Shown here one piece after another: positions 1 through 8,927 of a DNA stretch of 25,667 nucleotides. The notes under the pieces are model-generated. The model had not been told where the DNA came from. It ran no database searches and was given only the letters and a program-made list of their open reading frames with translations. How positions within the stretch are numbered: position 1 is the first letter of the stretch; each line of letters opens with the position of its first letter. The translations under genes were made by a program, and so were the position numbers. The stretch spans positions 1 to 25,667 of the forward strand of contig JAMOVF010000147.1 in assembly GCA_027061625.1 (NCBI GenBank), in the 5' to 3' direction. This DNA comes from Deltaproteobacteria bacterium (GTDB lineage Bacteria > Desulfobacterota > Dissulfuribacteria > Dissulfuribacterales > JALVPX01).

Positions 1-657
1 AATGGGAATTAGAAAATTAAGTGGCACAGAATCTACTTCAAGCCCTTTCAACTCTATGGCCAATTCAATGCGCTGCTCCAAGGACTCACCAAGACCAAGA
101 ATACCTCCAGCGCACACTTCAAGGCCTGCCTCCTTTGCCTGATTAATGGTATCCACACGCTCCTCATATGAATGAGTTGAAACAATGTTTGGGAAAAAAC
201 TTCTGCAAGTTTCTAAATTGTGGTGGTAACGGGTTAGGCCGGCATCTTTGAGCGCCTTGAGCCCAGACCCATCAATAATTCCTAAAGAGGCGCATACCTT
301 TATGCCGACTTCCTGCTTAATTTTGTGCACTATGCTGGCAATTTGGTCCACTTCTTTTTTTGAAGGCCCTTTGCCGCTGGCAACAAGGCTGAACCTGGTA
401 GCTCCTGACTCCTTTGCCTCTTCTGCCCTTTTGAGAATCTGATCAACAGGTGATATTTGATATACAGGGGCCTTGGTTTTATATCTGGCAGACTGGGCAC
501 AAAATGCGCAATCTTCAGAACATGCGCCAGACTTTACATTCATTATGGAACAGAGAGACAAACTATCCTTGCGCTTAGTAAGCTTGGCACCATAAGCTTC
601 TTTAAGCAGAGCATCAAAACTTAAAGTTAACAACTCATGATATCGTTCTTTATTCAT
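1..657 (-). CDS. bioB: Biotin synthase, radical SAM (5' part only; runs off the left edge)
   Basis: Not in the ORF track; translated by hand from ATG at 657: MNKERYHELLTLSF...CSIMNVKSGACSEDCAFCAQSARY (CxxxCxxC) ...YHHNLET...VPLNFLIPI at the edge. Lies immediately downstream of bioA. Confidence 0.93.
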   Translation of the reverse strand, partial: MNKERYHELLTLSFDALLKEAYGAKLTKRKDSLSLCSIMNVKSGACSEDCAFCAQSARYKTKAPVYQISPVDQILKRAEEAKESGATRFSLVASGKGPSKKEVDQIASIVHKIKQEVGIKVCASLGIIDGSGLKALKDAGLTRYHHNLETCRSFFPNIVSTHSYEERVDTINQAKEAGLEVCAGGILGLGESLEQRIELAIELKGLEVDSVPLNFLIPI

Positions 658-660
658 ATT

Positions 661-2046
661 TCAACCTGGCAAAGTCTCATTAAAGGTATCAAAAGTTCGG
701 CCCAAGATGTCATCTATCTCTTTTTTCGTGGTGCACAATGGAAGAAATAGATAAATGACGTCGCCAAGGGGCCTTAATATCACCCCATTTTTTAAGCCTG
801 CCAGATAAATTTGAAAACCAATACGTTTTGATGAGTCAAAGGCCTTTTTGGCTGTCTTGTCCTGCACGATCTCGAATGCGCAAATCATACCAATATGCCT
901 TATATCTCCAATATTTGGATGATTGGAAATTTTTTTTGAGCCGGCAGCCAGGGTATTGATGCGCCCTGGAAGCCTGGTAAGCACCTCTTCTTTTTCAAAT
1001 ATCTCCAAAGATCCAAGGCCTGCTGATGAAGATAGAGGATTGCCTGTAAAGGTATGTCCATGGAAAAAGGTCTTTCCTTTTTCCCAATCATCATAGAAGG
1101 CATCAAATATTTCTTGGGTAGTAACTGTGGCGCCCATAGGCATATAACCACCAGTAAGCCCCTTTGAAAGACAGAGAAAATCTGGCACTATTTGACAATG
1201 TTCAAAAGCAAACATCCTGCCAGTGCGGCCAAAGCCAGTGGCAACCTCATCTAAAATCAAGTGCACGCCATGGTCCTTTGCCATTTTTGCCACCTTTGAG
1301 AGGTAAGCCTTGGGGTAGATTATCATGCCCCCCGCACCAAGAAGAAGGGGTTCCATGATGATTGCTGCGGTCTTGTCTGCCTCTTTCCTAAGGAGGTCTT
1401 CAAGATCCTCAAGACATGCTAGAGAACATGCAGGTTCTGGGTCATCCATATCATGATTCTCAAGGCCCAGGGGGCAACGGTAACAATATGGCGTTGGCAA
1501 CCTGTGGGAATGAAAGGTAAGGCAATCAAAAGGGCCTTTAAACATGGGAACCCCGCCTAGGCTCAACATGCCAATGGTATCCCCATGATATCCCCTTTCC
1601 AAGCTGATAAATTTTTCCTTTTCAGGCCTTCCTGACTGTTTCCAATATTGAAGAGACATCTTTATTGCCACTTCACAGGCAGTTGAGCCATTATCTGAAT
1701 AAAAGACCTTGCAGAGCGGTTCAGGTGTTAGCTCTACCAATTTTTGAGCCAGATTAATGGCAGGGGCATGGGTGGTTCCTGCAAAATGGACCTGTTCCAA
1801 GCGCTCCATTTGAGCCTTTACATGGGCTTTGATAACTGGATGGTTGTGGCCATGCAGAATGGCCCACCATGAGGAAATGGTGTCATAATATCTGTTGCCA
1901 TAAACATCATATAGAAATACACCCTCTCCCCTTTCTACAAAGAGGGGGTCGCGATCTTTATAATCCTTCATCTGGGTATATGGATGCCACACATATTGCC
2001 GGTCTGCATCCAGCAACTTTTCTATCTTTTTTTCTACCTTGCTCAC
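661..2046 (-). CDS. bioA: Adenosylmethionine-8-amino-7-oxononanoate aminotransferase (class III PLP enzyme)
   Basis: VWHPYTQM, DTISSWW, FYSDNGSTACEVAIKM, YHGDT, DEVATGFGRTG, LSKGLTGGY (PLP Lys), HGHTFTGNP. GTG start overlaps the bioD TAG. Confidence 0.96.
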   Translation of the reverse strand: MSKVEKKIEKLLDADRQYVWHPYTQMKDYKDRDPLFVERGEGVFLYDVYGNRYYDTISSWWAILHGHNHPVIKAHVKAQMERLEQVHFAGTTHAPAINLAQKLVELTPEPLCKVFYSDNGSTACEVAIKMSLQYWKQSGRPEKEKFISLERGYHGDTIGMLSLGGVPMFKGPFDCLTFHSHRLPTPYCYRCPLGLENHDMDDPEPACSLACLEDLEDLLRKEADKTAAIIMEPLLLGAGGMIIYPKAYLSKVAKMAKDHGVHLILDEVATGFGRTGRMFAFEHCQIVPDFLCLSKGLTGGYMPMGATVTTQEIFDAFYDDWEKGKTFFHGHTFTGNPLSSSAGLGSLEIFEKEEVLTRLPGRINTLAAGSKKISNHPNIGDIRHIGMICAFEIVQDKTAKKAFDSSKRIGFQIYLAGLKNGVILRPLGDVIYLFLPLCTTKKEIDDILGRTFDTFNETLPG

Positions 2047-2741
2047 TAATCTAGCTCTCCTGAAAATAAAAAGTCAGCGGCTTTTGCTATAGCTGGACAA
2101 TAGCCATTGAAATCGTGTTTATAAGGAATCAAACCGAATATTTTAGCTTTTGGGCAGAACTCTTTGATTATTTCCATATTGTCCTTGACAATTTCAGGAT
2201 CTGAATCTGGTTCTAGATCATTGAATATGATGCCTGCCAAAGGAATGGATCTAGACTCCATGGCCTCTATGGTTAAAAGCGTATGGTTAATAGTTCCAAG
2301 ACCTGCCCTGGCCACAACAATAGTTGGTATAGTAAGCCGTTTTACAAAGTCAGCAAGGAGCAAGCTCCTTGTGATCGGCACCATCAGGCCTCCCACTCCC
2401 TCTATTAGCAAGATATCACATTCTCTAGAAAGTTTATCTGTGGATCTTACAAGAATTTCAGTATCTATTTCCTCTCCCTCTTTTTGTGCTGCCAAATGAG
2501 GAGAAGCTGGAAGACTGAAGGTGTAAGGAGCTTCCAAGGAGCCTTTGCGGCAGGTGCGCTCCCCTTTGCCCATGGTTTCGTAACAAAATGCAAGATCTTC
2601 TGAGACCTCTCCTGTGCCTGATGTCACCCATTTCTGGCACAATACATTGATTTTTCTTGCATTCAATTCTTTTGCAAGACCAGCACAGAAAAAAGTTTTT
2701 CCTACGCCAGTATCAGTTCCAGTGATAAAATAAGTGCCCAT
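2046..2741 (-). CDS. bioD: Dethiobiotin synthetase
   Basis: FITGTDTGVGKT P-loop, SPHLAA, IEGVGGLMVP, LGTINHTLLT; between bioC and bioA. Confidence 0.95.
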   Translation of the reverse strand: MGTYFITGTDTGVGKTFFCAGLAKELNARKINVLCQKWVTSGTGEVSEDLAFCYETMGKGERTCRKGSLEAPYTFSLPASPHLAAQKEGEEIDTEILVRSTDKLSRECDILLIEGVGGLMVPITRSLLLADFVKRLTIPTIVVARAGLGTINHTLLTIEAMESRSIPLAGIIFNDLEPDSDPEIVKDNMEIIKEFCPKAKIFGLIPYKHDFNGYCPAIAKAADFLFSGELD

Positions 2742-2838
2742 TTCTATTCAGCCTTTTAAAGATAGGGAAATATTTAGCATAAGATCATTGGAAACAACCT
2801 GCTATTTTTCATATATTACTTTAATTTAATTATATAAC

Positions 2839-3639
2839 CTACCTGGATACAGTAACAAAAAATATTTGATATGTTACTTTAATAGCACCAAATCTTTGCA
2901 AAAATTCCTGCTCAACTCTAGCAAGCCCTTTTCTGGATCTTATCAAAGGCCTGCGTTTCAGCGGAACAGCAACTCCTGTGTATTTGAGGCTGGACAACAG
3001 CTCTATTAGAGTATCATATTCCTTTTTAATAAGCAGCTCTTCAACTTGGCAGGCGCCAAAAACAGCAGTGACAAGGGCAGTCAATTCTTCCTTGCCGGGA
3101 AACAGGGAAGATATCAGTGCAGTTTTCCTGTCAGCAGCATTTACAAGGGCAGTTTGAAGCTCTTTAAGGGTAGATGGGCCAAAAACAGAAAAGATTATAT
3201 CGCCTTTTTGGCTTAAAATAGTCGAATATACCCCTAAAGCCTTTTTTAAATCTGCAAACCATTGAAAAGTTGCGCTAGAGATAATGAGATCATAAGGGGC
3301 CTTATTCAATATCTTTTCTGGCAGATTTTCACCATCTGCTTTCAATAATGATATGCGTTCATCATCATAAGCGGCCAAGCGGCCTTGCGCCTTTTTAACC
3401 ATGGCTGGGGCCAAATCAATGGCTGTAATTTTGGCTTTTGGATTCAAAGTAGCAAGCCTGGCGGTAAGACGGCCGGTGCCACAGCCTATTTCAAGAATAT
3501 TGCTATAATTCCGCCCTTCTATTTTAGCCGCAAGGCGCTCCTCTGAGATATTTTGGACATTAGCCCATTCTTCATAGGTGGCCGCAGCCTTTGAAAAGGC
3601 GTTTTTTATCTTTTCCTTGTCAACAGGCCTTGTGATCAT
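2839..3639 (-). CDS. bioC: Malonyl-ACP O-methyltransferase (SAM-dependent)
   Basis: IKNAFSKAAATY...VQ N-terminus typical of BioC, ILEIGCGTG SAM motif, YDLIISSATFQW, FGPSTLKEL, VTYQIFF. Start moved from 3744 to ATG 3639 because the longer ORF runs through the upstream terminator. Confidence 0.85.
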   Translation of the reverse strand: MITRPVDKEKIKNAFSKAAATYEEWANVQNISEERLAAKIEGRNYSNILEIGCGTGRLTARLATLNPKAKITAIDLAPAMVKKAQGRLAAYDDERISLLKADGENLPEKILNKAPYDLIISSATFQWFADLKKALGVYSTILSQKGDIIFSVFGPSTLKELQTALVNAADRKTALISSLFPGKEELTALVTAVFGACQVEELLIKKEYDTLIELLSSLKYTGVAVPLKRRPLIRSRKGLARVEQEFLQRFGAIKVTYQIFFVTVSR

Positions 3640-3706
3640 AACCTGTTTAAAATTCCATAGATCCTTATCAAATACAACTTGTGCCTTTTGTAGAAAATTT
3701 TCCAAT

Positions 3707-3730
3707 AAAAAAGGCCCTTGTAAAAGGGCC
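3707..3730 (-). terminator. Rho-independent terminator after the lpxC-cytochrome unit
   Basis: Minus strand GGCCCTT-TTAC-AAGGGCC followed by TTTTTT, about 26 nt after the cytochrome stop. Confidence 0.8.
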
Positions 3731-3756
3731 CGTAGGAGATGCAAATATTTATGTTT

Positions 3757-4104
3757 TTATTTATGGCAAGTCTTGCAAGTCTTACCCTTTTTTACCTTCA
3801 TTTCCACATGACAGGGCCAGCAAAATTTTTTATGAAAGTCATTGGACATACCCTTTAGCTTTTTTATTTCAACTTTAAGCGCTCCGCCCTCAGGACTTTT
3901 GTGGCATTTCACGCACTTCAATTTTTTCTGATGATTCCTATGTGGAAATATAACGGCCTTTTTCTTCCCCTTTATTGAGTATTTTGCCTTAAGATCTATT
4001 GTTTCAGGCCCATTTCCACTGGAGGCAGGCCCGATCTGAGGCATTAATAGAGCAATTGAAACCGAAATAAGTGCAATTATAAGAAATAGCAAACTTTTTT
4101 TCAT
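3757..4104 (-). CDS. Periplasmic triheme cytochrome c, c7/PpcA-like (class III)
   Basis: Signal peptide; three CxxCH motifs (CVKCH, CWPCH, CKTCH) and three further His (FPHRNH, DFH) for bis-His ligation; very Lys-rich; GGGGG Shine-Dalgarno. Confidence 0.88.
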   Translation of the reverse strand: MKKSLLFLIIALISVSIALLMPQIGPASSGNGPETIDLKAKYSIKGKKKAVIFPHRNHQKKLKCVKCHKSPEGGALKVEIKKLKGMSNDFHKKFCWPCHVEMKVKKGKTCKTCHK

Positions 4105-4133
4105 GATTCCCCCTGTTTATGGTTTATTTCTAT

Positions 4134-5066
4134 CTAAATATTGGCTACTGCCGCTGATGCCTGTTTACTGGATACGTTCCAATAACGCCTTTTAACCACG
4201 TTCTTGTCCTGTTCCACTACTTCATAATTATCGGCATCATTTAAAATGGCCTGTAAAAGTTTGCTATGCAGCATATGGCCACTCTTATATCCCTGGACAT
4301 GGGCAATCATGGGCATACCTATAAGATAAAGATCTCCTATCAAATCAAGCACTTTATGTTTTACAAATTCGTCAGGGAAACGAAGGCCTTCTTCATTTAT
4401 TATAGAGCGCTCACTCAACACCACTGCATTTTCCAAAGATCCACCAAGGGCAAGGCCGTTCTTCTGCATCATTTCTACTTCCTTAAGAAATCCAAAGGTC
4501 CTGGCCCTAGCTATTTGATCTTCATAGACCTGTTCATTAATAACACCAGAAAATTTCTGCCTGGCAATCATAGGATGATCAAAATCGATCTCCAGTGTTA
4601 CTGTCATTACATCGCAAGGCTCTGCACTTATAAACGAATCGCCGTTTTTAACAGCAACCGGTTTTAAAATCTTCAAATAACGCCTGGATTGAGCCTGCTC
4701 TTTTTTACCAGCTTTTTTGAGCAAAGCGACAAATGAATAGGCGCTTCCATCTATAGCAGGAACTTCTGGTCCATCCAGTTCAACAATGGCATTATCAATT
4801 CCGACACCTGCAAAGGCTGACATTAAGTGCTCTATAGTAGACACTGTGGAATTACCGATGCCTATTGTCGTGGCGAAACGGACATCTGTAACATATTGAA
4901 TTCGGGCTGGGATCAAGACCTGAGGCTCAACATCCTTTCTTAAAAATCTGATGCCAGAATTTACTGGTGCTGGCTTGATCCTTAACTTAACTTCTTTGCC
5001 TGAATGAAGCCCGATTCCTACCAAAGTTATATTTTTCTTTATTGTATGCTGGAGAGATGAATTCAT
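4134..5066 (-). CDS. lpxC: UDP-3-O-acyl-N-acetylglucosamine deacetylase
   Basis: QHTIKK...GIGLHSG, TIEHLMSA, EVPAIDGSA, IARARTFGF, HKVLDLIGDL zinc motifs, SGHMLH. Confidence 0.97.
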   Translation of the reverse strand: MNSSLQHTIKKNITLVGIGLHSGKEVKLRIKPAPVNSGIRFLRKDVEPQVLIPARIQYVTDVRFATTIGIGNSTVSTIEHLMSAFAGVGIDNAIVELDGPEVPAIDGSAYSFVALLKKAGKKEQAQSRRYLKILKPVAVKNGDSFISAEPCDVMTVTLEIDFDHPMIARQKFSGVINEQVYEDQIARARTFGFLKEVEMMQKNGLALGGSLENAVVLSERSIINEEGLRFPDEFVKHKVLDLIGDLYLIGMPMIAHVQGYKSGHMLHSKLLQAILNDADNYEVVEQDKNVVKRRYWNVSSKQASAAVANI

Positions 5067-5095
5067 TATTATCTCCGTTTTGTTTTCAAATTAAA

Positions 5096-5193
5096 CAGGA
5101 GGGTTCCAAAAAGCAGCTCCCTATCCTAAATGCCATTTGTTTAGTTCCCAATCTCCCCAAAGGCACTGTCTATCTATTTTTGGAGCCCTCCTG
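5096..5193 (-). other. Candidate structured 5' leader RNA of lpxC
   Basis: 17-nt inverted repeat with one mismatch: 5096-5112 CAGGAGGGTTCCAAAAA and 5177-5193 TTTTTGGAGCCCTCCTG. It encloses an inner stem (5131-5139 with 5158-5165) and lies between the predicted sigma54 start site and the lpxC RBS. Confidence 0.45.
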
Positions 5194-5212
5194 ATTTGTG
5201 AATTTTTTATAC

Positions 5213-5226
5213 GCAAATAACGTGCC
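5213..5226 (-). promoter_or_regulatory. sigma54 (RpoN) -24/-12 promoter facing lpxC
   Basis: Minus strand GGCACG-TTAT-TTGC, matching GGCACG-N4-TTGC with exact GG-N10-GC spacing; predicted +1 near 5201. Confidence 0.8.
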
Positions 5227-5254
5227 CTCAACCCCGCAGCCAAAAAAAACATAA

Positions 5255-5267
5255 AATCAAATGGTTA
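5255..5267 (+). promoter_or_regulatory. IHF binding site
   Basis: AATCAA-ATGG-TTA matches WATCAANNNNTTR and is preceded by an A-tract (CAAAAAAAACATAA). It sits between the -24/-12 element and the palindromes. Confidence 0.6.
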
Positions 5268-5297
5268 ACTACAGGGAGAAAAACACATCATTATACG

Positions 5298-5349
5298 TGA
5301 GACATAAAAGCCTCACACATATCATGCAATATGAGACTTTTTTGTCACT
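5298..5349. promoter_or_regulatory. Tandem palindromic sites, candidate upstream activator sequences for a sigma54 enhancer-binding protein
   Basis: TGAGAC-ATAAAA-GCCTCA (5298-5315) and TGAGAC-TTTTTT-GTCACT (5332-5349); consensus TGAGAC-W6-GTCTCA; 34 bp apart. Confidence 0.6.
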
Positions 5350-5434
5350 TCAGGGATCAGCTCAATGAAATCGCGCTTGAACATGGAATAGCTAATTTTG
5401 AGGGATAATTTATGATTAAAATAAAATCCGGAAT

Positions 5435-6373
5435 TCAGCTTGATAGGCCCAGCCTTTTTAAGGCACGCTCATCTTTTGACCAATCCTTCAAGACTTTGAC
5501 CCATAAATCAAGAAAGACCTTTTTATTTAAAGCCCTCTCTAGTTCTTCTCTGGTGAGTTTGCCGACCTTTTTAATAAATTTCCCTCCTTTTCCTATAATA
5601 ATTCCCTTTTGAGAAGGTCGTTCTACATAGATAACTGCCCTTATGCGCAAAAGATTTTTCTCCGGCACTTCTTCTATATCCTCCACCTCTACAGCAGTAG
5701 AATATGGCACTTCCTGTTCAGCCAAAAGGAAGATCTTTTCCCGTATCAGCTCTGCGACCATGTCCTCAAGTCTTTGATCAGAAGTAGTAGAGCGGTCATA
5801 ATATTGCGGACCTCTAGGTAGAAGGCTCAATATTTCATCAAGGACTCTATCTATCCCGCTCATATATTTTGCAGAGATAGGAATTATTGCTTCAAAGGGA
5901 AAAAGCTCTTTAAAAGAATCAATAATAGGCAACAATTCTGTTTTTGGAATCCTATCCACCTTATTCAGAACCAATATTACTGGTGCACCCACTTCCTTTA
6001 AGATGTCAAGGATAGCAAATTCCTGGCCGCGTTTCCTACTGGTTACGTCAACAACAAAAAGCACTATATCCACATCTTTTAAAGCATTGAGAGCACTTTC
6101 TACAATGACCTTGTTGAGCAGGTGTTTTGATTCATGAATACCTGGAGTATCCACAAAGACTATCTGAAAGTTGTCACCTGTTAAAATTCCTCTGATTTGC
6201 CGCCTGGTAGTCTGTGGTTTAGGGGTTGTAATGGCCACTTTTTCGCCTAAGAGAGCATTCAATAGTGTAGACTTGCCCACATTAGGCGCACCAATAATGG
6301 CAACAAAACCAGATCTGAAATTTTCACTAGAATTAGGATTTGAGTCTGGAGGGTAAGGGTCAGATTCTGTCAT
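5435..6373 (-). CDS. era: GTPase Era
   Basis: GFVAIIGAPNVGKSTL (G1), PQTTR (G2), DTPG (G3), NKVD (G4), KH domain SQKGIIIGKGG; follows rnc. Confidence 0.97.
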   Translation of the reverse strand: MTESDPYPPDSNPNSSENFRSGFVAIIGAPNVGKSTLLNALLGEKVAITTPKPQTTRRQIRGILTGDNFQIVFVDTPGIHESKHLLNKVIVESALNALKDVDIVLFVVDVTSRKRGQEFAILDILKEVGAPVILVLNKVDRIPKTELLPIIDSFKELFPFEAIIPISAKYMSGIDRVLDEILSLLPRGPQYYDRSTTSDQRLEDMVAELIREKIFLLAEQEVPYSTAVEVEDIEEVPEKNLLRIRAVIYVERPSQKGIIIGKGGKFIKKVGKLTREELERALNKKVFLDLWVKVLKDWSKDERALKRLGLSS

Positions 6374-6391
6374 GCTAAATATTTCCTCTAT

Positions 6392-7105
6392 TTAAATATT
6401 CTTGTCTTTTAAAGAACCCAATGCCTTTCGTGCAGCATCCTGTTCTGCTTCTTTTTTGCTATGACCTTTTCCTATTGCAAGCTCTTTGCCTTCAAGCTGT
6501 AAAGAGACTGTAAAGTGGCGGTCATGGGCGGGACCGACCACCTCCACTGTCTTATAACTTGGAACAGCATGGAATTTTGCTTGGGTGACTTCCTGGAGTG
6601 TGCTTTTATAATCTTTATCCAGGCCGCCATTTTCCACCATATCTAACAATTCACCAAAAACATCTTCTACAAATTTAAAGGCCTGCTCAATGCCGCCATC
6701 TAGATAGATGGCTCCTATCAAGGCCTCAAAGGCATCTGCAAGGATGGAAGGTTTTTCATGGCCGCCGCTTTTTTCCTCTCCGTGACCAAGCCTCAAGTAG
6801 TCGCCAAGCTTCATTTTCTTTGCCAGGCTGGATAATGTAGATTCATTGACCAGGGAGGCCCTCATCCTAGTGAGTTCTCCCTCTTTGAATTGTGTACCAA
6901 ATCTATCATAAAGCAGCTTACTAATGACTAACTCCAATACTGCATCTCCCAAAAATTCTAGTACTTCATAATCTGGAACATCTGGGCCATGTTCAGCAGC
7001 ATAAGATCTATGGGTTAGGGCCTGTTCAAGGAGTGGCTTATCTGAAAATGTATAATTCAGTTCCTTCTCCAATTGTTTCAAAGGCTGTTTAGAATCATCG
7101 GTCAT
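6392..7105 (-). CDS. rnc: Ribonuclease III
   Basis: ALTHRSY, LEFLGDAVL signature, ADAFEALIGAIYLDGG, dsRBD DYKSTLQE...GHSKKEAEQDAA. Start placed at ATG 7105 (MTDDSK), downstream of GAGGAG. Confidence 0.96.
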   Translation of the reverse strand: MTDDSKQPLKQLEKELNYTFSDKPLLEQALTHRSYAAEHGPDVPDYEVLEFLGDAVLELVISKLLYDRFGTQFKEGELTRMRASLVNESTLSSLAKKMKLGDYLRLGHGEEKSGGHEKPSILADAFEALIGAIYLDGGIEQAFKFVEDVFGELLDMVENGGLDKDYKSTLQEVTQAKFHAVPSYKTVEVVGPAHDRHFTVSLQLEGKELAIGKGHSKKEAEQDAARKALGSLKDKNI

Positions 7106-7268
7106 GTGTCGCTGGCAGATCTCCTCATATGGGAAACATTCAATATCAATTATTTTGTAATTCTTTAACAAAACTATGAAACAGGGACAAGTGCGATATG
7201 GACATCACCTTGATTTCCAGACCAGGTTCTGGCATCCTGGGCTAAATTTATCAGCGAGGTTGTTAAAG

Positions 7269-8927
7269 ATGCGCAGTGACAGAATGAAAAAGGGTGTTGA
7301 AAGGGCGCCGCACCGCTCTTTGATGAAGGCCATGGGATATACAGATGAAGAGATCTCAAGGCCCATAATTGGGGTGGCCAACTCCTTTAATGAGGTCATT
7401 CCTGGCCATGTGCATCTAAGGCAGATAGTGGATGCGGTGAAAGCTGGCATAAGAATGGCTGGTGGCACGCCCATGGAATTTGGAGGAATTGGGGTGTGCG
7501 ACGGCATTGCCATGAATCATCTTGGAATGCGTTATTCCCTTGCCAGCCGCGAATTGATAGCAGATTCAGTGGAAGTAATGGCCCAGGCTCATCCCTTTGA
7601 CGGTTTAGTGCTCATTCCAAACTGCGACAAGATAACTCCAGGCATGGTGATGGCTATGCTCCGCATGAACATCCCAGCCATTGTGATCACAGGCGGCCCA
7701 ATGCTTACGGGCAGCTGGCACGGAAAAAAGGTCAATTTGATAACGGTCTTTGAAGGCATTGGCAAGGTAAAGGCAGGTGAAATGAGTGAAGATGAGCTGG
7801 TGGAGCTTGAATCTGAGGCCTGCCCCACATGCGGCTCGTGCGCCGGCATGTTTACTGCCAATTCAATGAATTGCCTTACAGAGGCCATAGGTCTTGCCCT
7901 TCCAGGCAATGGTACAATTCCAGCAGTTTCAGCAGCCCGGACAAGGCTTGCAAAACAAGCTGGGATGAAGGTGATGGAACTGGTTGAAAAGGAAATAAGA
8001 CCTAGGGATATTGCCACGCTTGATGCATTTAAAAATGCCATTGCAGTGGATATGGCCCTTGGCTGTTCCACCAATACAGTCCTCCATGTGCCTGCCATTG
8101 CCCATGAGGCAGAAGTTGACCTTCCCCTGGATCTTTTTAATGAAATCAGCTTAAAGACCCCCCACTTGTGCAACTTGATACCAGCAGGGCCGCACAGCCT
8201 CTATGATCTGCATCTTGCTGGAGGCATCCAGGCGATTATGAAAGAGCTTTCTTCCTTAGGAGTAATTAATGAATCTTGCCTGACAGTGACTGGAAAGAGC
8301 ACAGGGGAGAATTTTGCCAAGGCCAAGGTAACAGACCACGAAGTTATAAGGCCTGTTGACAACCCCTATCATAAGGAAGGCGGGATAGCCATACTTTATG
8401 GCAACCTTGCCCCAGAGGGCGCAGTGGTGAAGCAATCTGCTGTTGCACCAGAAATGCTCACCCATTCTGGCCCAGCTAGAATCTTTGAATCTGAAGATGA
8501 GGCCTATAGTGCAATCCTAGCAGGAAAGATAAAGGAAGGGGATGTGGTGGTAATCCGTTATGAAGGCCCTAAGGGCGGGCCTGGAATGCCTGAAATGCTT
8601 TCCCCGACTTCTGCAATCGTGGGAATGGGCCTTGGTGCCAAGGTGGCGCTTATTACAGATGGGCGATTCAGCGGAGGCACGCAAGGTGCAGCCATTGGGC
8701 ATGTTTCGCCAGAGGCTGCTGAAGGCGGCCCCATTGCCTTTGTGAAAGAAGGCGACATCATCAAAATTGATATACCATCAAGGAAGCTTGAACTAGACAT
8801 TTCCCAAAAAGAGCTTGAATCAAGACGTGCTGAATGGAAGCCCCCGGAACCTAAAATCAAAAAGGGCTATTTGGCCAGATATGCAAGGCTAGTAACCAGT
8901 GGAGCAAAGGGAGCAATAGTGAAATGA
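7269..8927 (+). CDS. ilvD: Dihydroxy-acid dehydratase
   Basis: [71 protein letters not shown]. Start at ATG 7269 after GAGGT; the track's 7176 start is an upstream extension. Confidence 0.97.
   Translation: MRSDRMKKGVERAPHRSLMKAMGYTDEEISRPIIGVANSFNEVIPGHVHLRQIVDAVKAGIRMAGGTPMEFGGIGVCDGIAMNHLGMRYSLASRELIADSVEVMAQAHPFDGLVLIPNCDKITPGMVMAMLRMNIPAIVITGGPMLTGSWHGKKVNLITVFEGIGKVKAGEMSEDELVELESEACPTCGSCAGMFTANSMNCLTEAIGLALPGNGTIPAVSAARTRLAKQAGMKVMELVEKEIRPRDIATLDAFKNAIAVDMALGCSTNTVLHVPAIAHEAEVDLPLDLFNEISLKTPHLCNLIPAGPHSLYDLHLAGGIQAIMKELSSLGVINESCLTVTGKSTGENFAKAKVTDHEVIRPVDNPYHKEGGIAILYGNLAPEGAVVKQSAVAPEMLTHSGPARIFESEDEAYSAILAGKIKEGDVVVIRYEGPKGGPGMPEMLSPTSAIVGMGLGAKVALITDGRFSGGTQGAAIGHVSPEAAEGGPIAFVKEGDIIKIDIPSRKLELDISQKELESRRAEWKPPEPKIKKGYLARYARLVTSGAKGAIVK

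Noticed and set aside
655-663. bioA TGA stop is in frame with the bioB ATG (TGA AAT ATG), suggesting readthrough or a selenocysteine fusion
   Set aside because: In-frame adjacency has about a 1 in 3 chance; both proteins look complete and no SECIS-like hairpin is evident.
2742-2838. Possible BirA operator in the AT-rich bioC-bioD spacer (also looked upstream of bioC)
   Set aside because: No TGTAAAC-N14/15-GTTTACA-like dyad found.
3640-3744. N-terminal extension of bioC in the ORF track
   Set aside because: Spans the terminator hairpin; BioC-like sequence begins only after Met at 3639.
5096-5120. CAGG...AAGCAGC resemblance to SRP RNA domain IV
   Set aside because: The conserved GGAA tetraloop and CAGGUCCGGAAGGAAGCAGC spacing are missing.
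7106-7268. Track extensions of rnc (to 7171) and ilvD (from 7176), and ORF 7174-7359
   Set aside because: They would leave no divergent promoter space; better RBS-supported starts exist at 7105 and 7269.
7589-8173. 194-aa antisense ORF and other shadow ORFs (for example 2164-2499, 13801-14235, 16728-17177)
   Set aside because: Fully opposite well-supported genes, Ser/Pro-rich, with no recognisable motifs.
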